IMG/VR virus record: IMGVR_UViG_3300008113_000089
Span: 1-54,625 of that record
Length of the DNA stretch: 54,625 bases
DNA from: a virus
Taxonomy: Duplodnaviria; Caudoviricetes
Direction: 5' to 3' (one strand)
Shown: positions 7,032 through 17,001 of the stretch, one piece after another
How the letters are laid out: every line of letters starts with the position of its first letter
Position numbering within the stretch: the stretch's first letter is position 1
Notes under the pieces: model-generated
Database searches by the model: none
What the model was told of the DNA's origin: nothing
What the model saw: only the letters and a program-made list of their open reading frames with translations
Position numbers and translations under genes: made by a program

Positions 7032-7311
7032 TCTCTTCTCCTTTGTACCTTTTTTGGTACATTGCAAAATTCCGACTGGCCCGCAGTTCATCTTTGAAGA
7101 ACTCAAGGCTAACACGGTCATCCTCTGTATTAACTACAAAAAACTTCCACGTCTTATCTGTAAGTATCTGCACATACCAGCATTCATACGTGTGCAACGT
7201 ATCGTCTGTATATGTCCCAGATATATGCTCTAAATGCTTCCCGTTAGGTAGCACACAGTAGGCAAGCAACGCATTAATAATCAATGGTTCATACACTACT
7301 GTAGAGAGCAT
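6904..7311 (-). CDS. hypothetical protein
   Basis: TAGAAT -10 box 5 nt before the ATG. The 3' end overlaps the LuxR gene by about 128 nt. Confidence 0.55.
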   Translation of the reverse strand: MLSTVVYEPLIINALLAYCVLPNGKHLEHISGTYTDDTLHTYECWYVQILTDKTWKFFVVNTEDDRVSLEFFKDELRASRNFAMYQKRYKGEENGIRAKGRRNAVSAVGAGVGDFDASRKGSDSQDDWSGTGNLF

Positions 7312-7378
7312 AAATCATTCTATACCTGCATATCTGCGGTCGCAAGTGTCTCCAATGCCATGATGTACAATCCTATTT
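7312..7378. promoter_or_regulatory. divergent promoter region, both promoters apparently leaderless
   Basis: Minus-strand TAGAAT (7322-7317) 5 nt before ATG 7311; plus-strand TACAAT (7366-7371) 7 nt before ATG 7379; ATACCTGC half-site at 7322-7329. Confidence 0.6.
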
Positions 7379-7630
7379 ATGGGTGTTGTAAAAAAATATC
7401 AGAATCCTAAAGGTGGATTAAATGCAGCTGGTCGCGCGCACTTTAAAAAGACCGAAGGGTTAAATCTGAAGCCACCCGCACCTAGTCCTAAAACACCCAA
7501 GGATGCAGCTCGACGTAAATCGTTCTGTGCTCGGATGGAAGGTATGAAGCGAGTGAATACATCCGCTAAAACTGCCAAAGATCCAAATAGCCGAATCAAT
7601 AAAAGCCTTCGTGCATGGAACTGTAACTAA
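7379..7630 (+). CDS. small basic phage protein (DUF6321-like)
   Basis: KGGLNAAGR...NLKPP...RRKSFCARM...DPNSRINKSLRAWNC, a pattern recurrent in aquatic phage genomes. Confidence 0.7.
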   Translation: MGVVKKYQNPKGGLNAAGRAHFKKTEGLNLKPPAPSPKTPKDAARRKSFCARMEGMKRVNTSAKTAKDPNSRINKSLRAWNCN

Positions 7631-7875
7631 TGAATAAGAATATCAATCACGCACAATTGTTTATGCGAGACCTTCCAGATATCGAACGGCGTGAGCATGG
7701 TCTTAAAAAGGCTCCAACTAAAGCACAAATGCAACAGATGGAGAAGAAGGAACATGGTCTCAAACGTACACCAAGTATGGCTGAGATAATGAAAATTGAA
7801 ATGAAGGAACATATTAAACCTAACGGCGATGTAGTAATCGGTCGTGGGTTTAAAGGAAGGGCTAGAGCTAAATAA
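7630..7875 (+). CDS. hypothetical protein with EH repeats
   Basis: ERREHGLKKAP / EKKEHGLKRTP / EMKEHIKP; coupled by TAATG. Confidence 0.65.
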   Translation: MNKNINHAQLFMRDLPDIERREHGLKKAPTKAQMQQMEKKEHGLKRTPSMAEIMKIEMKEHIKPNGDVVIGRGFKGRARAK

Positions 7876-8297
7876 TGGGTAGTGGCAAGAAAGATCTGAC
7901 ACCTAGTCAGCAAGCACTAAGTGATGTAAAGCACGTTACTGAGCATGCCGCAGTAGAAAAAGGGATTCATGGTGTTGCTCACGCTATTAGTAAAGCCGGC
8001 CCTGCAGCCGCAAAACTAGTGGGTAGCACTGTAGGTAAAGTGCTTCCTATTGTAGGTGGAGGTATTCCAGCCGCAATTAGTGCAGTGATGGGTGACGGAA
8101 CTCGCGGATCTAACGAACAAGCGGCAATGTACAAAGACCCTGCAATGCAAAAAGCTTTGCAAGATAGAGCCAGACAAGGGCGTATGAAAAATATGATTAC
8201 AACCAAAATGGCTTCTACGACAGTAAAGAATCCAGCATATTCAGGACAGTCCACTATGGGTAAGGCACTCATGGCTAGTGCAAAGAAACGAGGTTAA
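7875..8297 (+). CDS. hypothetical basic Ala/Gly/Met-rich protein
   Basis: Coupled ORF. Confidence 0.6.
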   Translation: MGSGKKDLTPSQQALSDVKHVTEHAAVEKGIHGVAHAISKAGPAAAKLVGSTVGKVLPIVGGGIPAAISAVMGDGTRGSNEQAAMYKDPAMQKALQDRARQGRMKNMITTKMASTTVKNPAYSGQSTMGKALMASAKKRG

Positions 8298-8299
8298 TT

Positions 8300-8398
8300 A
8301 TGGCTAAATCAGTAAAGACAATGTCGCAAATCATGGGCGTTAAGAAGCCTCATCCTGCTGGATGCAAGTGCGCTGGATGCAAGAAGGGTAAGTGCTAA
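8300..8398 (+). CDS. 32-aa Lys/Cys-rich peptide (not in ORF track)
   Basis: MAKSVKTMSQIMGVKKPHPAGCKCAGCKKGKC*. Fills the gap between the flanking genes with 2-nt spacers on both sides. Confidence 0.6.
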   Translation: MAKSVKTMSQIMGVKKPHPAGCKCAGCKKGKC

Positions 8399-8400
8399 TT

Positions 8401-9567
8401 GTGAGTACATTCCCAACATATAAACAATGGCTTGGCGGACGTGAAAGCACGGACGCTATGAAAAAAGCTTATTTCGCAGCAAAGGACGCATACACTCCCT
8501 CTCGACCACCTGGTTCTGGCAGTACTTCACCTACACCATCACGTGGTCCGTGGGGTAAACCGGGGGCTGGTACTCCTAGGCCGGGTGCTGGTATTACTGC
8601 CGAACAATCGATGAAAATCAGTGGAGCCGGTTCACGCACTGCATGGAATGCTAGACCATCCGGTGGAACTCCCACTGTGCCTTCTCGTGAGTCAACGATT
8701 GACGCACGAATGGCAGAAGCCGCTAAGAAGCTTGCCTCACGTAGAGCTGCAGCCAAACCCGGCATGCCTAAGCCTGACACTAATTTTGGCCGTAACCTAA
8801 AAGGCGGCATTGTGGGTGCCGTAGTTACCCACATGCTAGAAGATGCTGGCAAAGCAGGTTCAGCCGCGTTATCAGGTGACTGGAAAGGTGCAATGCAACG
8901 TGGACTTGACATAGTTCATCACACACCTCTAGGGTTTGGGCAAAGCGCTGGGGATGCTGCCGCATTTGCAGCTGGGCAAAAAAGCTTTAGGGATGCACCA
9001 GATGGAATGCTTGACCGAGTGCTTCATGGCAAGTATTTACCATCTGATAGGTATGCTGGGTCTGAAAAAAAGCCTACTGCCGCACAAATGCCACCTAACC
9101 CTATCCCAGCAAACCCCAAGGATAAAGGTCAAAAACCATTAAACCCAGCACCTGACCAACCTAGTTCTATTCCTGATATGGGTAGGCAAGGAAGAGCACA
9201 AGGTAAAGCATTGCGTGACCCTGAGTCTTATTTAGGTTCAGCATTTGATGCTACGCTTCGTAAAGGTATTGCCACAGGGCGTAACTATCTGCAAAGCCAA
9301 ATGAATAAAGATGGACTTGACTCAGATATGCAATCGAAAATCATGGCTCGTTACAACGACAAGATTGCCGGTGATAAGTTGCTAAGTGCCAAAGGTAACG
9401 AAGAAGGTCTTGTTGGTGCTATTAACCGCAATGATGCTAATCGGCCAGGTGCAACAGCAGGCCGTGGTGAACGTACTCTTGATGCATATCGACAAGTAAG
9501 CCCTCAAGGTAAATATGGCAAGGGTGCACAAGCTTCCGAGATTCAGCGTAAATTTGTAAAGCAGTAA
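8401..9567 (+). CDS. Pro/Gly/Ala-rich, probably disordered hypothetical protein
   Basis: Long ORF, GTG start at 8401, followed by a terminator. Confidence 0.7.
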   Translation: MSTFPTYKQWLGGRESTDAMKKAYFAAKDAYTPSRPPGSGSTSPTPSRGPWGKPGAGTPRPGAGITAEQSMKISGAGSRTAWNARPSGGTPTVPSRESTIDARMAEAAKKLASRRAAAKPGMPKPDTNFGRNLKGGIVGAVVTHMLEDAGKAGSAALSGDWKGAMQRGLDIVHHTPLGFGQSAGDAAAFAAGQKSFRDAPDGMLDRVLHGKYLPSDRYAGSEKKPTAAQMPPNPIPANPKDKGQKPLNPAPDQPSSIPDMGRQGRAQGKALRDPESYLGSAFDATLRKGIATGRNYLQSQMNKDGLDSDMQSKIMARYNDKIAGDKLLSAKGNEEGLVGAINRNDANRPGATAGRGERTLDAYRQVSPQGKYGKGAQASEIQRKFVKQ

Positions 9568-9581
9568 ATTTACAAAAACGG

Positions 9582-9607
9582 AAATGGGGCTTCGGCCCCA
9601 TTTTTTT
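9582..9607 (+). terminator. intrinsic terminator with UUCG tetraloop
   Basis: AAATGGGGC-TTCG-GCCCCATTTTTTT. Confidence 0.9.
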
Positions 9608-9627
9608 ATGCCTGTATACTTGTAAGT

Positions 9628-10425
9628 ATGAATTACATCCAAGAGGTCAATGGGAACTACATTGAAAGAGACGGGCGCGTCTATCGTAAGACTCCTCATG
9701 GTGAAGCCCTTGTCTGTAGTGCTTTGGTTGATAAAGATGGCGTAAAACGTAGGTGTCGTGCATTGGCTCTTTCTGGGCAGGATTATTGCATGGCACATGG
9801 CGGGGCACATTTACGCAAAGCAGAAACACCTCGATACCTTGGGCATCTATTCCAAGCAAACCGCAAACGTTTTAGTAAGGTAGGTAAAGAACTTCTTGAA
9901 AAGGTAGATTCTTACCGGGATGACCCAGACCTATTCAGTCTTCGTGATGACACTGCCTACGTGACAGCGTTACTTGACCAACGTGCAGAGGCGGCATCAG
10001 AAGGTGTAGGTATTGAGCAGTATCGCAAGATTGAATCTGCGTATAACCTTGCTCGTTCTAAACTAGGGTCACCAGACTTCATCGATGCATTTGAGCAGAT
10101 AGGTGATTTGCTTAAGGAACGCCTCGATGAGTACGCAGCCAGTAAAGATGTACTTGACCTGATTAACCGCCGCACTGACCTTGTAGAAGCCGAGCAACGC
10201 ATGATGCAAACAAAGGCCTATACACTGGAAGCAGATCAGGCGTTTATGTTGATAATGCAAATTGTTGAAGTAGTAAAGTCAAGTGTTCGTGATGCCGACG
10301 AGCTGACGGCTATTAAATCGGGTATCAACAAACTGCTACGTCAACACAAGCAAGATACAAGCGAAGATATACAAGACGCAGAAATTGTAGAAGATGTCGA
10401 ACAACCTCAAACGAACAACACCTAA
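9628..10425 (+). CDS. terS: probable terminase small subunit (HGGxSTG-like N-terminus)
   Basis: C..RRC..YCMAHGG motif followed by a helical body; immediately upstream of the large terminase. Confidence 0.65.
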   Translation: MNYIQEVNGNYIERDGRVYRKTPHGEALVCSALVDKDGVKRRCRALALSGQDYCMAHGGAHLRKAETPRYLGHLFQANRKRFSKVGKELLEKVDSYRDDPDLFSLRDDTAYVTALLDQRAEAASEGVGIEQYRKIESAYNLARSKLGSPDFIDAFEQIGDLLKERLDEYAASKDVLDLINRRTDLVEAEQRMMQTKAYTLEADQAFMLIMQIVEVVKSSVRDADELTAIKSGINKLLRQHKQDTSEDIQDAEIVEDVEQPQTNNT

Positions 10426-12121
10426 AGAATTTAGACATCTCACTAGTGCTGATAAACCGTTGTCAGTTGCTCTTCTTGAAGCACTCGAAGAGCAAATTGG
10501 ACAGGTTATAGAGACTGGTGATTACGACTCTGGTCGAGCATTTGCGATTGATGGAGCACAATTGGACTACAAACATTGGTTGAAAACATTTGCTCCACAC
10601 GCAACGTCGAGTGCACTTGGTGTGCATCACATTCGTGCATGGGAATGGGCTGAGAGTATCAAAGCAGGTGCACCTCCTCCTGCTCTAATTGAGTGTTGGT
10701 TCCGTGGTGGTGGAAAGTCTACTACGATGGAACACATTGCAGCTCGTATTGCAGTCAAAGGCTCTCGTCGATTTCTTCTGTATGTATGCTCAACACAGGA
10801 AGCTGCTGACCGTCACGTATCGGACATTGCACACACAATGGAACGGTGCGGTATTGAAAGGGCTTTGAACCGATATGGATTCTCTAAAGGATGGAATGCG
10901 TCCAAGCTCAGGACTGCCAATGGGTTTAACGTTCTTGCGTTCGGTCTGGACACTGGCGCGCGCGGTGTTAAACTTGATCACCTACGTCCTGATTTCATTA
11001 TACTTGACGATATTGATGAGCTCGATGATAGCGTTAATCGCGTTGAAAAGAAGATAGCAACTATCACCCAAACTATCCTCCCGGCTAAAAGTACAGACTG
11101 TGCAATCGTATTCGTCCAGAATAAGATTCACGCTAACTCAGTTATGGCCCAAGTCCTTAGCGGTGAATTGGATATGCTACAAAACCGTATACAGTCACCT
11201 ATTGTTCCCGCTATTGAGGATTTGCAGTACGAACCAATTGAGCGTGAGGATGGACGTGTTGGTTACAAGATAACCGGCGGTACGCCCACGTGGGAGCATA
11301 AGAACATTGAAGTATGCCAACGTGAGATAGATGACTACGGAATCATTTCATTCCTACGTGAATGCCAGCATGAGGTTGGTGTCGGTGGTATGTTCTTCCC
11401 CGACTTTAAAGAATACGACCTACAGGGTAAACCGTGGCACGTTGTCGATAGCGTAGACGTTGCACCGTGGTGGCGTATATGGGCAAGTCACGACTTTGGT
11501 ACTGGTGCACCAGCAGCTAGTTTAATTTACGCCAGCGACGAAAACGAAGACATATACGTCATTGGCGAATGCTACGAGGCTGGACTTGTATCGTCTCATC
11601 AGGCAATGCGATTGCTGGAAGCGTTAGAGAAACGACAGTACGCAACACCTGTAAAGAAGAATGTTCGTGACGGTTTATGGCAGACCCGATTGGAAGCAAT
11701 TGCTTTTGACTATGCTAATACTTTTCCTCCGGAGAATGTTGAGCAGAGGGTAGGTGAATATCCAGTAGAAGTGTGGTGGAAACGAGGACTCCCAGCGGTA
11801 CGTGCTGTAAAAGACCGTAAGGCTGGATGGAGGAGATTAAAGGAATGGCTTGTTGCAAGTCGTGTGAAAGAAGGGAATATAGTTCCAAGATTCCGCATAG
11901 TACGTGGAGCATGCCCCAATCTTATCCGTGAACTCAAAGGTGCAATGGCTAACCCTAAAGACCCGGAAGACCTTGATCCAGGTACTAAGAGCGACCACGC
12001 TCTGGATAGTCTTCGGTATGGAGTTATGTGGCGTGAATACCCTGTTCAATGCCCTCACACCAACGCTAAGTCAAACCGGCCTCATTGGCTTGGTAGTAGC
12101 GAGGAAGACAAGTTCGTATGA
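10394..12121 (+). CDS. terL: terminase large subunit
   Basis: Walker A WFRGGGKST, Walker B FIILDD, nuclease motifs ASHDFG and DHALDSLRY. Confidence 0.93.
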   Translation: MSNNLKRTTPKEFRHLTSADKPLSVALLEALEEQIGQVIETGDYDSGRAFAIDGAQLDYKHWLKTFAPHATSSALGVHHIRAWEWAESIKAGAPPPALIECWFRGGGKSTTMEHIAARIAVKGSRRFLLYVCSTQEAADRHVSDIAHTMERCGIERALNRYGFSKGWNASKLRTANGFNVLAFGLDTGARGVKLDHLRPDFIILDDIDELDDSVNRVEKKIATITQTILPAKSTDCAIVFVQNKIHANSVMAQVLSGELDMLQNRIQSPIVPAIEDLQYEPIEREDGRVGYKITGGTPTWEHKNIEVCQREIDDYGIISFLRECQHEVGVGGMFFPDFKEYDLQGKPWHVVDSVDVAPWWRIWASHDFGTGAPAASLIYASDENEDIYVIGECYEAGLVSSHQAMRLLEALEKRQYATPVKKNVRDGLWQTRLEAIAFDYANTFPPENVEQRVGEYPVEVWWKRGLPAVRAVKDRKAGWRRLKEWLVASRVKEGNIVPRFRIVRGACPNLIRELKGAMANPKDPEDLDPGTKSDHALDSLRYGVMWREYPVQCPHTNAKSNRPHWLGSSEEDKFV

Positions 12122-12261
12122 GTGCCAGTGATATCATTCTGTATCTGTTGTTAGCAGGTATTCTCGTGTTTTTAGGATTAATAACATGGGAATTGCGGTG
12201 GTGGAGACAAATGCACGACGAACTACAGGCGTTTATACGCAAGGATGACAGGTACTTGTAA
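12118..12261 (+). CDS. small single-pass membrane protein (47 aa, not in ORF track)
   Basis: MSASDIILYLLLAGILVFLGLITWELRWWRQ...; ATGA and TAATG overlaps on the two sides. Confidence 0.65.
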   Translation: MSASDIILYLLLAGILVFLGLITWELRWWRQMHDELQAFIRKDDRYL

Positions 12262-14537
12262 TGGCAATTCAATTTCCACGATTTGGCAAGAAGAGACCTA
12301 CCCTGACATCTAGTATGTACAACCTTTCTACGGCTGTGCCTATGGAGCCACCCGGAATGGCGGAAATCCAACAAAGCATTACTGCTTTAAAGATGCCAGA
12401 CAACACAGGAACTAAAGGGTCATTTGATGTAGGCGATTTACGTCTTACTGACAAAGATGACCTTACCCTTGACCACGATGCCAATAAGTGGGAAGTTGAC
12501 CCAAAAGAACAACCTGAAGAAGCAACACGTGTAGTCAATTACGTCAAGGAACAATTTGATACTGCTTACCGCGCCCGTCAGGAAATGGAACTTGAATGGG
12601 CACAAGCGCTTGCATTCTTTGAAGGCCGGCAATGGTTCCGCATCAACAGCCAGACACGTAACCTTGTCCAACTACAAAACCCAGCAGAGCCAAACCGCTA
12701 TGTAACGGTCAATAAGATGCGGCCGCTTATTGATGGTGTTGTTGGTAAGTTGACGCAAGTTGCACCTGACGCAAGAGCTGTCCCGCTATCACAGAATCCA
12801 AAAGACCAAGCCGCTGCCGACGAAGCAAACTTTATTGCTGGCCATTACACACGTAAGTTTGACCGAGAGACTCAGACTAAGGAACGTGTTCGTTGGGCGT
12901 GTATTACTGGCACTAGCTTTGTAAAGATTTACTGGAAAGCCAACGCCGACATTATTGTCCCTAAGATGTCTATTGACGATGGTTCAATCAAAGGCTACGA
13001 ATCTCTACCGCTGGGAGATGTTGAAGAAGAAATCATTCCATGTTTCAACATGATGATTGACCCTACGGCACAAAGAGATGCTGACGTACGCTGGATGATT
13101 CATGCATCCATTAAGCCACTGAGTTGGTTTACGGACAACTATGGAGAAGCCGGTAAGGCAGTATCCCCAGATGCTATTGCTGGTCAAAACGCAGGTTATG
13201 TTGACGCATATCTTGAAGGTGCTAACGGCTCCGGTAACGGCTGGGTTCAACCGTCGAGTGCACGTCTCAACAACATTGATAGCCGCAAGCACTGTGCTAT
13301 CGTTTATGAATACTGGGAACGACCAACTGCACAGTACGAAAATGGACGCTACATCGTAAGCACTAACCGTGCTTTGTTGTACGCTGGAGACTGGCCATAC
13401 AAGAAGAAGGACACATTCCCATTCATCCCACTTCGATGGCAACCTCGATCAGGCACACCTTATGGACATAGCCTATGCTTTGACCTATGCCCACTGCAAC
13501 AGACATACAACCGCATCTATAGTCGTTGGCTAGAGCAGTTTGAGACCAACAAAGACTACTTGATGATTGAGCGTTTGTCCCGTGTTGGAGCGGATGCGTT
13601 CGATAAAGCCGGTGATGACCTCGATGACAATAGTCGCATTTACCGAAAGGTTTACTACGACCGTGGTGCACATCCACCACAAATCATGCGCGCACCCGGA
13701 ATTTCACAAGACTTAATTCCGTTTATGCAGTCCCTTGAAAAGGACATGGCAGATATTGCTGGTCTACATGATGTGAGCCAAGGGCAAGCACCGGCTGGAA
13801 CACCTGCTGAGGCGGTGACATTACTGCAACGTGCAGATAACACGCAACATAGTTACATCCGTGCAGATATTGAAATCTCTATTAGCAAAATCAAAGAGTG
13901 GGAAATTGCACTAGTAGAACAGTATGCAATCACTCCATTCATCGGCTCTGTTGATGACCAAATCAATCCACGTAACGAAATCAAACAGGGTGTTATTACA
14001 TTTGACCAGATTCGTGAAGGTGGTCAATTCCGTATCGTCTATGTTCCCGGAAGTTCGATGCACGATACTCCAGAACAGAAGATGCAGAAGATTCTTCTAT
14101 TGCGTCAGATGGGTCTGTTTGGTGACCCGCAAGATGCTGATACCAATGCACTTGCAGTCAAGATGCTTCAACTACCGGAAACATCTGACATTCTTGAGGT
14201 TCTTGGCTTGTACAAGATGAAGCAAGAGCAGATGCAACAGCAAGCAATGGAACTACAGCAACAACAGATTCAGGCACAGATGGCTCCAAAACAGGAAGCG
14301 TTCAACCCTGAGGCTGAGCAAATGCGGTCGCAACTCGACCTGCAAAAACAACTAGCATTACAGGAAGCCAAGACTCAAGGTGACCTGATGAAGATTCAAG
14401 CACAGACGGCAGCTGCTGGTGAGCAATATGCTCAAAAGCATGTAGCCGACATTGCTAACAGTGTGATCTCTGGAACAGATCGCAACACACCCAAACCACC
14501 TAGTGGTAAATCAACGAAAAGTGGTGTGCTAAAATAA
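12261..14537 (+). CDS. portal protein (P22-like)
   Basis: Follows terL; 758 aa; FFEGRQW, VNKMRPLID..VG, DIAGLHDVSQG and a Q-rich C-terminal barrel region. Confidence 0.88.
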   Translation: MAIQFPRFGKKRPTLTSSMYNLSTAVPMEPPGMAEIQQSITALKMPDNTGTKGSFDVGDLRLTDKDDLTLDHDANKWEVDPKEQPEEATRVVNYVKEQFDTAYRARQEMELEWAQALAFFEGRQWFRINSQTRNLVQLQNPAEPNRYVTVNKMRPLIDGVVGKLTQVAPDARAVPLSQNPKDQAAADEANFIAGHYTRKFDRETQTKERVRWACITGTSFVKIYWKANADIIVPKMSIDDGSIKGYESLPLGDVEEEIIPCFNMMIDPTAQRDADVRWMIHASIKPLSWFTDNYGEAGKAVSPDAIAGQNAGYVDAYLEGANGSGNGWVQPSSARLNNIDSRKHCAIVYEYWERPTAQYENGRYIVSTNRALLYAGDWPYKKKDTFPFIPLRWQPRSGTPYGHSLCFDLCPLQQTYNRIYSRWLEQFETNKDYLMIERLSRVGADAFDKAGDDLDDNSRIYRKVYYDRGAHPPQIMRAPGISQDLIPFMQSLEKDMADIAGLHDVSQGQAPAGTPAEAVTLLQRADNTQHSYIRADIEISISKIKEWEIALVEQYAITPFIGSVDDQINPRNEIKQGVITFDQIREGGQFRIVYVPGSSMHDTPEQKMQKILLLRQMGLFGDPQDADTNALAVKMLQLPETSDILEVLGLYKMKQEQMQQQAMELQQQQIQAQMAPKQEAFNPEAEQMRSQLDLQKQLALQEAKTQGDLMKIQAQTAAAGEQYAQKHVADIANSVISGTDRNTPKPPSGKSTKSGVLK

Positions 14538-14552
14538 AAGGAGAACTCTTTA

Positions 14553-15443
14553 ATGCCTGAAGAGATGGTGACACGAACCACTGATTCACCAGCAGTGGAT
14601 TCTGGCGATATGGGGTTAGGTAACGCAGTAACAGACTTTATTCGGGAAAACGCCGGTCCCGATGATAACTCACAATGGGCGACAAGTGAGCTTGCAGGTC
14701 AAGATGCGGAATATGGTGGTTATGATTCTTCGGAACCAGATTACACGGATGTTGTAGATGACATTCTTGGAGTCCAGTCGAATAACTATGACCAATATCA
14801 GGCGGAGCCTACCACTCCTCAACCTGTTCCATATGAGCGCTTTCGTGAGGTAAACGAACGTGCTCGAGCGGCTGACGAACTCGAAACAAAACTCAACCGT
14901 TGGGGTCGAGTCATTGAACAATTCGAGCAACAGGGATATCAGTCAGCGGATGACATTGATCGAGTCATGGAGCAGCAACAACAAACTGCTTATGAAAATC
15001 AAATCCGCCAACGATATCAACAGTTAGCTGATTCGCAGATTATTGATCCAGCTGTTGCTCAGATGCAGCAAGAGGCAGAGATTGCCAAATACCGCTACGA
15101 GCAACAGATGTCTCAAGTTCAGGGATATATGTTGATGCAGCAACGTGATGTTGCAGTACAGCAATTTCCACTGGCACAACGCGCACCAGGTTTGGTGGAC
15201 AACTTGATTCAGGCGGGTTTCGACCCAATGGAAGCAGCTCAAGCAGTTCACGAACAGGTTCGCACAATCGCACAGTCTTTGGCTCCTGAGATTGCAAGTC
15301 GAATGAATCAAGGTAAACGCGCTCCACAACCTATGGGCAATGGACAAACCGCAAGGTCTGCTCCTACCGGCGGTGGCAACGGGCAGCAGCGTACAAGTCT
15401 TGGTTCTCTACTAGGCATTACCAGAGGCCGTGGAACTCTATAA
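14553..15443 (+). CDS. capsid scaffolding protein
   Basis: Acidic N-terminus, VPYERFREVN motif, coiled coil; lies between portal and capsid genes; TG-c-TAAAAT and AAGGAG upstream. Confidence 0.8.
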   Translation: MPEEMVTRTTDSPAVDSGDMGLGNAVTDFIRENAGPDDNSQWATSELAGQDAEYGGYDSSEPDYTDVVDDILGVQSNNYDQYQAEPTTPQPVPYERFREVNERARAADELETKLNRWGRVIEQFEQQGYQSADDIDRVMEQQQQTAYENQIRQRYQQLADSQIIDPAVAQMQQEAEIAKYRYEQQMSQVQGYMLMQQRDVAVQQFPLAQRAPGLVDNLIQAGFDPMEAAQAVHEQVRTIAQSLAPEIASRMNQGKRAPQPMGNGQTARSAPTGGGNGQQRTSLGSLLGITRGRGTL

Positions 15444-15456
15444 GGAATAGAACAAA

Positions 15457-16506
15457 ATGGCAATTGCAGCTGGTGCAGTCCTGCTTGATACACAGGCTAT
15501 GACCCTTGCCGATCAGGCAATCATCTCGAATGACCCTCTCGTAAAAGAAATTACGAAGGCTCTACACAAAACGTGGAATGCTCTTAAGGACATCCCGCTG
15601 ACCACGTCTCCATCGCTTCGACAGGTTGGTGTTCGCTTTACTAACCAAGCTGGCTCTCTTCCAACAATTAACTGGGCAACAGTTAACGAAGAACCAACGG
15701 TTTCTAAAGGTAAGCCAAAGCAGTACGAAGAATCCATGTATCTTGTCCGTAACAAGATTCAGATTGACCACGTACTCCTCGATCAGCCGAACAACATCGT
15801 AGATCCGATTGAGGCTCAGGTTCAGATTTTTATGGAAGCATTTGCATATGACTTCAATACGAAGTTCATTTCGAATGACCCAACCTCTGCAACTGGTGAT
15901 GCTGACTGTTTCCCTGGCCTTCGCTACCGCTTGGCAAATCCTGATCAGTTTGACATCCCTGGTGAAATGTCTGTTAACGGTAACGGTGTTGACCTCCTAA
16001 CGGCTGGTACTGCATCTGCACAGGCAAACAACCTCATGGCGTACCTCCAGCAGTTGCTTGACAACATGAACAGCCCAGATGGTGACGGCGTTACCCTTTA
16101 TGTATCGGAGCTTATGAAGCGCCGTATTGAATGGGCTATCCGTGCAATGGGTATTGGTGCTGGTTTTGATATCACCAAGGACTCGTTTGACCGTCCTGTT
16201 GAAAAGTACAAGGCCGCAACAATTCGTTCCGTTGGTCGTAAGGCTGATGGTGTGACTCCTGTACTTAGCAACGAAACCGCAGCTGGTGTTGAAACATCAT
16301 CCGCTACTGGGCTTCAGTCCATCTACGCTGTTCGCTATGGCAATGGCTACTGTACTGGTTGGCAGAGTGGACCATTCAAGCCAACGTACCTTGGTCTCAG
16401 CAAGGAAAACGGCGTTCTTCACAACATCGTCTTCGATTGGGGCGTAGGTATGTGGGTTCCACACGTACGTGCTATCGGTCGTGTTTACAACATCAAGGTA
16501 GCGTAA
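15457..16506 (+). CDS. major capsid protein
   Basis: 349 aa after the scaffold gene; FPGLRYRL, SIYAVRYG and C-terminal RAIGRVYNIK patterns typical of HK97-fold capsid proteins. Confidence 0.85.
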   Translation: MAIAAGAVLLDTQAMTLADQAIISNDPLVKEITKALHKTWNALKDIPLTTSPSLRQVGVRFTNQAGSLPTINWATVNEEPTVSKGKPKQYEESMYLVRNKIQIDHVLLDQPNNIVDPIEAQVQIFMEAFAYDFNTKFISNDPTSATGDADCFPGLRYRLANPDQFDIPGEMSVNGNGVDLLTAGTASAQANNLMAYLQQLLDNMNSPDGDGVTLYVSELMKRRIEWAIRAMGIGAGFDITKDSFDRPVEKYKAATIRSVGRKADGVTPVLSNETAAGVETSSATGLQSIYAVRYGNGYCTGWQSGPFKPTYLGLSKENGVLHNIVFDWGVGMWVPHVRAIGRVYNIKVA

Positions 16507-16518
16507 GGAAGGTAAGTT

Positions 16519-17001
16519 ATGGCAAGAGATTTTCTGCTTCAGTTCGGTAGTTTTGCTGGTGGCGCGGCTATTGCACACGCGGCAGCACAAACTAGCGCTG
16601 CACTGACAATTGAACCACTTGTAGGCGGTGGACGTAGGAATCTACTCGTTCGCTTCAATGTTGGGCAAACAGCAACTGGTGGTACTGCACCGGCAACTAT
16701 TCGCTGGAACTTTGCGGTACAGATTTCCAAAGACAATTCAACTTGGACAACTGTATCTGCAAACCCATCCGATGCAGCCGCTTTGGTTACTACGGTTACA
16801 TCAACGGTTCCTGCTGACCAGTCAATTCAGTATTTCCTAGATGTTATTACACCCAACGCTTATGTTGATGCCAGTAACGTAGTACAGGATAACTACAAGT
16901 ACATTCGTGTACAGGCTACTCCTACAATGGGAACAGGTGCGACACTCAACTGTACTCTTAGTGCAGCTATCGTGTCTGGACGTGACGGAGCCTACTCGTA
17001 A
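16519..17001 (+). CDS. capsid cement/decoration-like protein
   Basis: Beta-rich 160 aa directly after the capsid gene; VQISKDNSTW and YKYIRV jelly-roll pattern. Confidence 0.55.
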   Translation: MARDFLLQFGSFAGGAAIAHAAAQTSAALTIEPLVGGGRRNLLVRFNVGQTATGGTAPATIRWNFAVQISKDNSTWTTVSANPSDAAALVTTVTSTVPADQSIQYFLDVITPNAYVDASNVVQDNYKYIRVQATPTMGTGATLNCTLSAAIVSGRDGAYS

